64,000 bases of DNA, taken from positions 77,128,001 to 77,192,000 of the forward strand of contig JANJGN010000020.1 in NCBI GenBank assembly GCA_026770705.1, in the 5' to 3' direction. The DNA is from Isurus oxyrinchus. Lineage: Eukaryota. Numbering within the stretch: the stretch's first letter is position 1; each line of letters starts with the position of its first letter. Made by a program: the position numbers and the translations under genes. Of this stretch, positions 63,131 through 64,000 are shown one piece after another. The notes under the pieces were generated by a model. It was given only the letters and a program-made list of their open reading frames with translations. It had not been told where the DNA came from and did no database searches.

Positions 63131-64000
63131 CAATAAGGATTCCGCCATCATAAAAGATGTGGTGACTTTGATGGTGTGCAACAAGGAAATTTATGTTCTC
63201 GCAGGATAAGATAGCTAAAACTCGGAGAAAGGCCATGCACAGGATGAGGGGCGCTATACATGGCCATGCACATGCCTGTGGGTGAAACAACGCTGGATGG
63301 AGCTGCGAGACATCGAGGCAGGGCAATCAATTCATAAATATGAGGCGGGTGTGGAGGTCCAGGAAATGAATGGCAGAATGAATAGGGGCAAGGGACACTG
63401 CAGAACAAAGAACAATATTCATATTGGCTCCACTGTCACACACAGCTCCAAATAATGAAGAGTCAGGAAGACATGTTGCTCTTTCTTAACTCTTCTCTTT
63501 GTCACCAGACATAAACAAGAGCAGCCAAATGCCAAGTCTGCACAACATCACTTCATTTCTAAGGAATACAGATAGATCTCCGAGGCGGCATGTCAAATGA
63601 CCCCAACACTTACCCCCAACACAAATCCACTCAAGTTTGTGGACGGTGGAATGGGAGCAGCAACAGAGTCACAATCCAGTGACAGCAGCGCAGTAGCACT
63701 GGAGCAGCTGACAGAGGCAGTGACGTATGCAGCCATTCTCACTTCATAGGCGGTGGGAATGCCTGGCAATGCTCAGATTCAGACTGATGGTTTCACGCTG
63801 TTGAGATCAGCAATGCTACGGATGCAGATGCTGCAGTGGCAGATGTCTAAACATCTGTCACAGCTTCAAGAGACTATGCGCATCTGAGGGTAATGGTGGA
63901 GACCATCCAGGTCATGAATGCAACCAGGGACCTAACTCGAGAATGAGAATATATTATTATTATCATTTTTATTATTATTGGTAGTAGTAGTAGCAGTAGT

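Overview
This is eukaryotic, repeat-rich vertebrate DNA, almost certainly from a cartilaginous fish. The evidence is shark-type CR1 LINEs, Penelope remnants with hairpin ends, tRNA-derived SINEs and a shark-type Ig heavy-chain transmembrane exon. I found no intact protein-coding gene. The window holds at least five disabled copies or fragments of a two-exon class-A GPCR of the chondrichthyan-expanded 'GPR139/GPR142-like' family (about 2.7-3.6 kb, 5.3-5.5 kb, 16.3-18.0 kb, 34.9-35.8 kb and 53.9-55.9 kb). Two of these share a conserved promoter and an upstream 35-bp satellite. Among them lie an orphan, frameshifted Ig heavy-chain TM1+TM2 exon pair (29338-29615) and a decayed C2H2 zinc-finger gene. 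Other structure includes a 1.9-kb tandem duplication, a 31/62-bp higher-order minisatellite split by a probable solo LTR, a decayed 49-bp array, Penelope-type palindromes carrying hammerhead-ribozyme core motifs, and many nested LINE/SINE fragments. All calls come from reading the sequence by eye; repeat boundaries are approximate.
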